DNA of 37,258 nucleotides from a virus: IMG/VR virus record IMGVR_UViG_3300045988_170598, positions 1 to 37,258 of that record; one strand, 5' to 3'. Shown piece by piece: positions 18,841 to 24,402 of this stretch (position 1 is its first letter; each line of letters starts with the position of its first letter). The notes under the pieces were generated by a model. It saw only the letters and a program-made list of their open reading frames with translations, ran no database searches and was not told where the DNA came from. The position numbers and the translations under genes were made by a program.

Positions 18841-19324
18841 ATTTTTTATTTCTACGCATATAATCTTCTAAAGCTATTGTAAGTATTTCTTGAACCTTTA
18901 ATTCAGAATGTTCATTACAAAATTTTTTAAAGTTTTCAGCTGTGTTAGAATAAAGTTTATAAGTCTTTTGTGTTATTTCTCCAGACAATACTTCTTTATC
19001 AAATACAAGTTTCTTTTTAAAATTTGAACTACTTAGTAGTTCTCGTAATTCTTCAATATCTTTTTGTTGTTTTTTAGTTAGAGATTCCAAATTTGCAATT
19101 CTTTTAGCTAAACTTTCTTCTTTTTTGAAATATTTTTCAACTTTATCATAAATGAATCCTTCGTTTCTCATTATATTAAAAATTTCTTTTTCTGTAGTTT
19201 TAAATAATCTAGCTATCCCTTTAATGCTATAACCTTCTATAACTATTAAATCATTTATTTTTTTAGCCAAATCTTTATTATCCACATTATCCACATCCTT
19301 ATATTGTAGAGTAGTTCTAAGCAA
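18839..19324 (-). CDS. putative DNA-binding protein: N-terminal HTH-like, central coiled coil, C-terminal RHH-like fold; start uncertain
   Basis: 161 aa. The C-terminal KTYKLYSNTAENFKKFCNEHSELKVQEILTIALEDYM fits a beta-alpha-alpha RHH pattern. The TTG start has no SD, and an in-frame GTG at 19285 is an alternative. Confidence 0.5.
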   Translation of the reverse strand: MLRTTLQYKDVDNVDNKDLAKKINDLIVIEGYSIKGIARLFKTTEKEIFNIMRNEGFIYDKVEKYFKKEESLAKRIANLESLTKKQQKDIEELRELLSSSNFKKKLVFDKEVLSGEITQKTYKLYSNTAENFKKFCNEHSELKVQEILTIALEDYMRRNKK

Positions 19325-19361
19325 TATTTTATATTAAATTCCAATTAAAGACAAATAAAAA

Positions 19362-19381
19362 AAGACTATATTTATAGTCTT
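19362..19381 (-). terminator. hairpin terminator after the AbrB-like gene
   Basis: AAGACTATA / TATAGTCTT, flanked by A and T runs. Confidence 0.5.
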
Positions 19382-19387
19382 TTTCAT

Positions 19388-19570
19388 TTACTTTATTGGC
19401 TCAATTACTATTTTTTCACCATCAAAACTCATTTTAACATCTCTATTATCTTTATTTAATCCTAATTCATTTACCCATGCTTTAGGTAAAGAAATTCTAG
19501 TTACCATAGAATCTTTACCAGCATTCCCCCCAGCTTTTGCAAACATGACTTTCATATTTCTAGTTTCCAT
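19388..19570 (-). CDS. AbrB/MazE/SpoVT-family DNA-binding protein (60 aa)
   Basis: The motif ISLPKAWVNELGL...V.M.FDGEKIVIEP is the looped-hinge-helix signature. Strong SD AAGGAGGA upstream. Confidence 0.7.
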   Translation of the reverse strand: METRNMKVMFAKAGGNAGKDSMVTRISLPKAWVNELGLNKDNRDVKMSFDGEKIVIEPIK

Positions 19571-19597
19571 AATTAAATCCTCCTTAAATTGTTTAAA

Positions 19598-19631
19598 TTA
19601 AAGCTAGTTCCGTAAGAGCAACTAGCTTTAA
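19598..19631. other. perfect 12-bp-stem hairpin between the 28-aa ORF and the AbrB-like gene
   Basis: TTAAAGCTAGTT (19598-19609) pairs with AACTAGCTTTAA (19620-19631), with a 10-nt loop. Confidence 0.7.
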
Positions 19632-19670
19632 TTTTAAAATATATCTAGTTAAAATTTCACTAAGTCGCTA

Positions 19671-19757
19671 CTAAAAAAATATTTTTAAAAGTATTGTTAG
19701 AACAATTAAAATTATAGTTCCTATAATCCATAGTTTTAATTCTTTTTCTTGTTTCAT
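19671..19757 (-). CDS. 28-aa hydrophobic peptide MKQEKELKLWIIGTIILIVLTILLKIFF (type I toxin-like candidate), not in the ORF track
   Basis: ATG at 19757 is preceded by SD GAGGTG with a 6-nt spacer. Single TM helix. TAG at 19673-19671. Confidence 0.5.
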   Translation of the reverse strand: MKQEKELKLWIIGTIILIVLTILLKIFF

Positions 19758-19759
19758 AT

Positions 19760-19788
19760 TTAACACCTCACTTTTATTATGATATAAT
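19760..19788 (+). promoter_or_regulatory. near-consensus sigma-A promoter antisense to the peptide operon (TTAACA-17-TGaTATAAT)
   Basis: -35 at 19760-19765, TG at 19780-19781, -10 TATAAT at 19783-19788. It overlaps the SD of the 28-aa ORF on the other strand. Confidence 0.6.
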
Positions 19789-19794
19789 GTTAAA

Positions 19795-19840
19795 GAAGAA
19801 ATTTTTTAAGGACGGAGGCTTTCGCCTCCTTTGGTTATTT
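19795..19840 (+). ncRNA. predicted short antisense RNA (about 45 nt) ending at hairpin GGAGGC-TTTC-GCCTCC plus TTTGGTTATTT
   Basis: Inferred from the promoter at 19760-19788 and the hairpin at 19815-19830. The U-rich tail exists only on the + strand. Confidence 0.35.
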
Positions 19841-19957
19841 AAACAATATTTCTAATATTGTTTTGATTAGTTTAATTAGTGCTGTGAAGAATGCTAACCT
19901 TGCAATCACTAATTCAACTTTTAACTCCTTATTAGATTTCTTCTTTTTGTTACTCAT
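19835..19957 (-). CDS. 40-aa peptide MSNKKKKSNKELKVELVIARLAFFTALIKLIKTILEILFK (basic N-terminus, amphipathic/hydrophobic helix), not in the ORF track
   Basis: Very strong SD GGGAGGGGGTGAT, 4 nt before the ATG at 19957. A consensus promoter lies upstream. Confidence 0.6.
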   Translation of the reverse strand: MSNKKKKSNKELKVELVIARLAFFTALIKLIKTILEILFK

Positions 19958-19982
19958 TTTATCACCCCCTCCCTACAATTAT

Positions 19983-20011
19983 ATTATATAACATTGGTGT
20001 CCAATAGTCAA
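19983..20011 (-). promoter_or_regulatory. near-consensus sigma-A promoter TTGACT-17-TATAAT for the small-peptide operon
   Basis: -35 at 20011-20006 and -10 at 19988-19983, minus strand. Confidence 0.7.
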
Positions 20012-20031
20012 TAGTTTTTGTGAAAAAATAT

Positions 20032-20063
20032 AAAAAAAGTAATACTAGAATTACTAGTATTAC
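20032..20063 (-). terminator. rho-independent terminator of the parMR operon
   Basis: 10-bp stem GTAATACTAG / CTAGTATTAC (20039-20063) followed by a run of 7 T on the minus strand. Confidence 0.8.
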
Positions 20064-20072
20064 TTTTAATTA

Positions 20073-20378
20073 TTAATCTGGCATATTAGCAGATGATTCA
20101 GCTAATGAATCATCCAAATTTGGATTTATCATATCATTTTCATTTTTATCTATAATAATTTCTTCTTCAACTAAAGTAGTTGTTTTTACATTTTTAAATA
20201 GCTCTTTAATATTTTCTGTTATCTTTTCTATATCATCTCTTTTAGCAAGTTCTATTAATATTATTCTTTCTAATGCAGCACTTGCACTTGATAAGTTTTT
20301 AGCTTTTTGATAAGCTACTATTTTATCTAAAACATCTTCTTCTAAACTAAATGTCTTACTGATTTTCATTTGTATCAC
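20073..20378 (-). CDS. parR: ParR-like ribbon-helix-helix centromere-binding protein; the likely start is ATG 20369
   Basis: About 98-101 aa immediately downstream of the ParM-like gene. N-terminal KTFSLEEDVLDKIVAYQKAKNLSSASAALERIIL fits RHH. Acidic C-terminal tail. Confidence 0.65.
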   Translation of the reverse strand: MIQMKISKTFSLEEDVLDKIVAYQKAKNLSSASAALERIILIELAKRDDIEKITENIKELFKNVKTTTLVEEEIIIDKNENDMINPNLDDSLAESSANMPD

Positions 20379-20380
20379 TC

Positions 20381-21289
20381 CTATTTAAAAGTTCTAGTCC
20401 CTATTAACCATAAACCTTTTGCGGTAGCCATTTGACTATCTTCAACCCTTGTAAACTTCTTATCAAACTCCATATTAAGAGAAGTTCCACCAGCTATATA
20501 AATATCCATCTCTGATAAGTTTACCCATTTATCTTCAATTTGTTGCTCAATATTTTCTGTAGCAATTAAATATGCTTTTTTCTTCATATCATCATAATCG
20601 CTTGATGAATCTATCTCATTAATATCTTTTATTATTCCTTTGTCCATTAGTTTATCTTTAACATTATTCATTGCAGATCTATTACCGTACTCTATTGTGT
20701 CAGACTTCTTATCGTTAAATTTTAATCCTTTATCGAAATAAGACATTTCTGTAGTTCTAAATCCAACAGATACAAGACCAACTGGTTTATTGTTAGATTT
20801 ATTATTTCTTACTTGCCAATATAAAGCTGAATCTCCTTCTCTAAATATGCTTATATCTACTATTTTAATTTCCTTAGTTCCACCATTTATTTTATCTTTA
20901 ACTTTAATTTCTTTATCTTTATAAGTTTCTTGCACCTCAGCAAGTACAGTTTTTCTAAATGATTTGTAAGGAACTCCAAGCATTATTTTAACTTCATCCT
21001 CAACTGCAAGTTGACTTAATGCAGCAGCAATAAGAACTTGAACCGTATTAGTAATTTTACTATCTTTAGAATTTCTTATTGGTGTTTGGCTCTCTTGCTC
21101 AGCAAGTAAACCAATGAACCAATCTTCTTTTTCATAGTTAATCATTAATGGCTCTTGATAGTTAGAAAAATCTAAGTTTCTACCTTCTCCAATAATTGAT
21201 TTAAACATACACTCCTTAGCTAATCCATTAATTTCAGTATAGCCTTTAGTGTAACCCCTTCCGACATCTAATCCTATTATTTGTGCCAT
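20381..21289 (-). CDS. parM: ParM/Alp-family actin-like plasmid segregation ATPase
   Basis: 302 aa. The N-terminal phosphate-1 motif IGLDVGRGYTKG and the later IYIAGGTS motif fit the actin fold. Confidence 0.8.
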   Translation of the reverse strand: MAQIIGLDVGRGYTKGYTEINGLAKECMFKSIIGEGRNLDFSNYQEPLMINYEKEDWFIGLLAEQESQTPIRNSKDSKITNTVQVLIAAALSQLAVEDEVKIMLGVPYKSFRKTVLAEVQETYKDKEIKVKDKINGGTKEIKIVDISIFREGDSALYWQVRNNKSNNKPVGLVSVGFRTTEMSYFDKGLKFNDKKSDTIEYGNRSAMNNVKDKLMDKGIIKDINEIDSSSDYDDMKKKAYLIATENIEQQIEDKWVNLSEMDIYIAGGTSLNMEFDKKFTRVEDSQMATAKGLWLIGTRTFK

Positions 21290-21323
21290 AAAAACATCTC
21301 CTTTATTTAAAATTCAATATAAT

Positions 21324-21455
21324 AACATTGGATTTTCAATTTATATTTAAATTATAACATTATTAAATTATTTTTTCAATACTTAAACATTGGATTTTCA
21401 ATATTTAGTGATTTATCTTAATTAATAATATAATTTACATTGAAATTTCAATGTA
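21324..21455. promoter_or_regulatory. parC: parC-like centromere/operator region: three ACATTG-N6-CAAT sites
   Basis: The 17-bp direct repeat AACATTGGATTTTCAAT occurs at 21324-21340 and 21386-21402. A perfect 20-bp palindrome TACATTGAAATTTCAATGTA lies at 21436-21455. Confidence 0.65.
21351..21379 (-). promoter_or_regulatory. parMR promoter TTGAAA-17-TATAAT, flanked by the two 17-bp repeats
   Basis: -35 at 21379-21374 and -10 at 21356-21351, minus strand. SD AAGGAG lies before the parM ATG. Confidence 0.7.
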
Positions 21456-21468
21456 ATAGTGTTATAAT
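21440..21468 (+). promoter_or_regulatory. rightward promoter TTGAAA-17-TGtTATAAT pointing to the rep region; its -35 lies inside the palindrome
   Basis: -35 at 21440-21445, TG at 21460-21461, -10 at 21463-21468. Confidence 0.65.
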
Positions 21469-21484
21469 TACAATTGTAATAAAT

Positions 21485-21513
21485 ATAAAAAAAGAAGGAA
21501 ATTAATTCCTTCT
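21485..21513 (-). terminator. minus-strand terminator insulating parC from leftward transcripts
   Basis: AGAAGGAA (21493-21500) pairs with TTCCTTCT (21506-21513). A U-run is present only on the minus strand. Confidence 0.55.
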
Positions 21514-21525
21514 TCCAAAACAAAC

Positions 21526-21566
21526 TTATCCACATTTTAATATATATTAAGTTAATCGGTGGATAA
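21526..21566. promoter_or_regulatory. two inverted DnaA boxes separated by an AT-rich spacer
   Basis: TTATCCACA at 21526-21534 is an exact consensus match. GGTGGATAA at 21558-21566 is TTATCCACC on the other strand. Confidence 0.55.
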
Positions 21567-21634
21567 ATTTATAGACAAATTATTACCAAATGTGCTAAAA
21601 TTAAATCAATAATTTAAAAAACGGGATAAACAGC

Positions 21635-21730
21635 AAAAAACCCATTAAGTTGTTACTGTTTGGCGACGGTCAACTCAACGGGTTCACACCTTAGAGAAAG
21701 TATCTCTAACTATTTGCATATTTATATTAT
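21635..21730 (-). ncRNA. predicted antisense copy-control RNA (ctRNA, about 96 nt) against the repA leader
   Basis: Promoter TTGACA-17-TACAAT upstream. SL1 is TTAGAGA/TCTCTAA (21691-21709). SL2 has a 14-bp stem (21639-21652 with 21671-21684) that is perfect with two G-U pairs only on the minus strand, followed by UUUU. Confidence 0.55.
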
Positions 21731-21736
21731 ACGATA

Positions 21737-21765
21737 ATTGTATAAAAAATATGCTTATTTGTCAA
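21737..21765 (-). promoter_or_regulatory. promoter of the predicted ctRNA, TTGACA-17-TACAAT
   Basis: -35 at 21765-21760 and -10 at 21742-21737, minus strand. Confidence 0.55.
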
Positions 21766-21840
21766 ACTTTAATTTGATAAATGTCAAGGATACTTTCATT
21801 TAAGGATTGTTTTTTATTCCTTAAATGGAGGTATTTTTTT

Positions 21841-22671
21841 ATGGAAGCAAATAAAAACAATAGATTTTTTACATTAGAAACAGAAAATAGAAAACAATTT
21901 TTTCAAGTGCCAAAACAATTTATGAATAAAAATTCTAAATATTATAATATGAGTTCAGATTCAAAACTATTATATGCAATACTAGCAGACAGAAATAGTC
22001 TATCAATATCTAATGGCTGGATAGATGAAAGTGATAGAGTTTATTTTATAGCAACAATAGAAAGTTTAATGGAGCTTACAGGTTGGGGTAATCAAAAAGT
22101 AGTAAAACAATTAAAAGAATTAAGAAAGTATGATTTATTAATTTCTGAAAAGAAAGGTCAAGGTAAACCAAGTTGGCATTACTTATTACAAATAGAAATT
22201 GAAAAAGGTCTTGAAGAGCAGTCATATCAACAGAAGTGTGAAAATCACATTTCAAGAAATGTTAAAATCACATCTCAAGAAGTGTTAAAATCACACTGTA
22301 ATAATAATGAGTTTAATAATAATGAGTTTAATAATAATATATCTTCTTCTAACGAAAATGAAGAAGAGGTTAGAAAATTATTAAATATTTGTCAACTTCA
22401 AGAATTTAAATTAAGTAAAAAAGATATTAGCTCATTATTATTAGTATATTCATTTGATAAAATAGCTAAAGCTATAATAACAGCAGGTTCTACTGAATCT
22501 GATATAAAAAACTACAAAGGTTATTTAGTAAGTGTTCTAAACGACATGGAAAAAGTTAAAAAAGTTGATATTAATATAAATAATAAAGAATCTAAAAAAT
22601 CAAATGCTAACTTTACTCAAAGAGATCAAGATATGAATGAACTAGAAAAAAATTTATTAGGATGGTATTAA
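21841..22671 (+). CDS. repA: RepA_N-family plasmid replication initiator (tracked ORF starts at 21781; ATG 21841 has the SD)
   Basis: FFQVPKQFMN....LLYAILADRNSLSISNGWIDESDRVYFIATIESLMELTG...VVKQLKELRKYDLL matches the RepA_N N-terminal pattern. SD GGAGG lies 9 nt before 21841. Confidence 0.8.
   Translation: MEANKNNRFFTLETENRKQFFQVPKQFMNKNSKYYNMSSDSKLLYAILADRNSLSISNGWIDESDRVYFIATIESLMELTGWGNQKVVKQLKELRKYDLLISEKKGQGKPSWHYLLQIEIEKGLEEQSYQQKCENHISRNVKITSQEVLKSHCNNNEFNNNEFNNNISSSNENEEEVRKLLNICQLQEFKLSKKDISSLLLVYSFDKIAKAIITAGSTESDIKNYKGYLVSVLNDMEKVKKVDININNKESKKSNANFTQRDQDMNELEKNLLGWY
22234..22302 (+). repeat. three tandem 23-bp iteron-like repeats inside repA (candidate oriV)
   Basis: aagtgtgaaaatcacatttcaag / aaatgttaaaatcacatctcaag / aagtgttaaaatcacactgtaat, starting at 22234, 22257 and 22280. 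Confidence 0.7.
22303..22338 (+). repeat. 2.4 copies of the 15-bp tandem repeat aataatgagtttaat
   Basis: Copies at 22303-22317 and 22318-22332, then aataat. Encodes NNNEFNNNEFNNN. Confidence 0.9.
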
Positions 22672-22716
22672 AGTAAATTACAAATAAATTATAAATAAAT
22701 AAAAGGGAGAGATTTT

Positions 22717-23199
22717 ATGAAAATTTTAGACAAAAAAAGTGAATGCGAATTCAATGAGAAATATTTTAGTGATTATGAAAAATCTAGATTTTATCAAAAC
22801 ATAGATTTAGATGAATACAAATGGTTTCTTTTAGATATAGTAAATGCTATAGAAGATAAACTAACTGTAGAAATAGCAGAACCTTATTATAAGGTAAATT
22901 ATGAAGATAAACCATATAAAGATTTTAGAATTATTAAAATCAATATAATATCTTGTGAGATAGAAGAACCAAATATAGAAAATATAACATTAAAAGTTAA
23001 AGAATTAGAGAATAGCTCTATAGGGGATATAAAGATTAAGATAGATAAATTTGCTGATAAACATACTTTTGGTAAAGATTACTCTAAATATTATGTATAT
23101 TATTTAGAAGGAAATGATGAAAGAAGAAAAGAAAATTTAGTTTCTGGTAATACAAAACTAGAAGAAAAATATAGATTTATTTTTTGGGAATCTAAATAG
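22717..23199 (+). CDS. hypothetical protein (160 aa), cargo gene after repA
   Basis: SD AAGGGAGAG upstream. No family recognised. Confidence 0.55.
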   Translation: MKILDKKSECEFNEKYFSDYEKSRFYQNIDLDEYKWFLLDIVNAIEDKLTVEIAEPYYKVNYEDKPYKDFRIIKINIISCEIEEPNIENITLKVKELENSSIGDIKIKIDKFADKHTFGKDYSKYYVYYLEGNDERRKENLVSGNTKLEEKYRFIFWESK

Positions 23200-23230
23200 T
23201 AAATATTATTAATAAACTTATTCACCATAA

Positions 23231-23260
23231 AAGAACAAAGAGTTTATACTCTTTGTTCTT
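23231..23260. terminator. bidirectional terminator
   Basis: 12-bp stem AAGAACAAAGAG / CTCTTTGTTCTT with A and T flanks. Confidence 0.8.
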
Positions 23261-23264
23261 TTAA

Positions 23265-23516
23265 TTATGCTTTAATGTAACAACCATACTTGCAGCAATT
23301 AAACTCTAGAGTATTATTATTAAAAAAATTTAATAATTCTATTGGACAGAGTTTAAGAACATTAGATATGTGAACTAAAGTATATGGACTTGGTTTGCTT
23401 TGACGATGCTCTAGCTCACATAAAAAACTTTTACTTATACCAAGTTTTTTAGCTAATGCTGTTTGCGAAATGTTGTTAATTCGACGATATTCTTCTATAA
23501 TTTTTATCACCTCCAT
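23265..23516 (-). CDS. XRE-family HTH regulator (83 aa) with a Cys-rich C-terminal tail
   Basis: ISQTALAKKLGISKSFLCELEHRQSKPS is an HTH_3 pattern. A TATAAT lies 6 nt upstream of the ATG, so the mRNA may be leaderless. Confidence 0.7.
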   Translation of the reverse strand: MEVIKIIEEYRRINNISQTALAKKLGISKSFLCELEHRQSKPSPYTLVHISNVLKLCPIELLNFFNNNTLEFNCCKYGCYIKA

Positions 23517-23790
23517 AAATTTATTATAATATTTTAATTTTTATTAAACACTATTAATTTTTTAAAAATAAAATGAAGAAAATATGTGTCGAAATTTTTC
23601 GCTACTTTCGAACAAGTTATGTGATATAATAATTTTGGGAAGAAAAAGGGAACATGTGTTCGTGGAATGGAGTGGAAAAATTGAAAATTCAAATAATTAA
23701 AGCTATTATAAATAATATAAAACAAATTGATGATATAAATATTTTGAAATCGTTACTTACAATTACCAATACTATTATAGAAAAAGAAAA

Positions 23791-23810
23791 AGAAGGCTTT
23801 TAAGCCTTCT
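23791..23810. terminator. hairpin terminator downstream of the CI-like gene
   Basis: GAAGGC/GCCTTC core (AGAAGGCTT / AAGCCTTCT) with A and T flanks. Confidence 0.6.
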
Positions 23811-23811
23811 T

Positions 23812-24174
23812 TTATTTATTTTGAGAAAGATTTTTTAACATTCGAGATACAAACTCGAATTCTTCTCTAGTCAGTTGGTTTAGAGAAAGAACAGTATCTT
23901 TAGTAACCTGATCACAATTTAGTAACCACTCACCAAGGATTCTATGAAATTGTTCATCACTATCTACTATTTCATACATTTCACCTTCACCAGTAGTTAA
24001 CCATGTTTTATTAACTGAAAATGCTTTGCATATGTCATTTATTACTCTATCAGTTAAGTTAACTCTTCCGGTTTCAATCGAACCAAAGTTGCTTCGGCTC
24101 ATATTTATTTTATCAGCAAATTCGTTTTGAGTAAGACCTAGTGATTTTCTTAATTCCTTTACTCTGTTATTCAA
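23812..24174 (-). CDS. CI-like XRE-family repressor (120 aa, TTG start)
   Basis: LGLTQNEFADKINMSRSNFGSIETGRVNLTDRVINDICKAF is an HTH_3 pattern. SD AGGAGGTG lies 7 nt before the TTG. It is divergent from the early operon. Confidence 0.8.
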   Translation of the reverse strand: MNNRVKELRKSLGLTQNEFADKINMSRSNFGSIETGRVNLTDRVINDICKAFSVNKTWLTTGEGEMYEIVDSDEQFHRILGEWLLNCDQVTKDTVLSLNQLTREEFEFVSRMLKNLSQNK

Positions 24175-24218
24175 TTAATTACACCTCCTTATTTCAAGGT
24201 ACAATACAATTTTAACAT

Positions 24219-24337
24219 AAAAAATGATTGTTAACAACAAATTACAGTCAAAAAATGATTGTCAAATGTTGAATAAATTTAATTTATTCTTAATAAAGTT
24301 AATATAACAGACAAAAAAAGGCTTGAAAAATGACTAT
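24219..24337. promoter_or_regulatory. switch region with three operator-like repeats AAAAATGAYTRT
   Basis: AAAAAATGATTGT at 24219-24231 and 24250-24262 (perfect, 31 bp apart). GAAAAATGACTAT at 24325-24337 overlaps the rightward -35. Confidence 0.6.
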
Positions 24338-24351
24338 AATAAGCATATAAT
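24323..24351 (+). promoter_or_regulatory. early rightward promoter TTGAAA-17-TATAAT
   Basis: -35 at 24323-24328 and -10 at 24346-24351. Confidence 0.7.
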
Positions 24352-24402
24352 TGATTATAGAAAGCTTTTATAAGCTTGTAAAAGAAATAAGGAGTTGATA
24401 TC

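Noticed and set aside
21781-21840. Upstream ATG 21781 as the repA start (the tracked ORF)
   Set aside because: It has no SD, and the extension MSRILSFKDCFLFLKWRYFF is not part of the RepA_N pattern. ATG 21841 has GGAGG at 9 nt. The extension also overlaps a minus-strand TTGACA hexamer at 21787-21782.
22234-22338. Tandem repeats here, at 31648-31675 and at 27384-27426 as possible CRISPR arrays
   Set aside because: The repeats are contiguous with no unique spacers and have only 2-4 copies. No cas genes are present anywhere in the element.
23534-23725. Minus-strand ORF (63 aa) between the two HTH genes
   Set aside because: The F/Y/N/I-rich product is typical of reading AT-rich spacer DNA. It has no SD, and the opposite strand has a better promoter and ORF.
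18839-24200. Search for a recognisable multi-gene anti-phage defence system or classical two-protein toxin-antitoxin in the accessory region
   Set aside because: No nuclease, ATPase, reverse transcriptase, cyclase, TIR, Sir2 or large NTPase-type ORFs are present. Apart from ParM and RepA, all proteins in this region are under 165 aa, and only regulators, partition and replication functions are recognisable.
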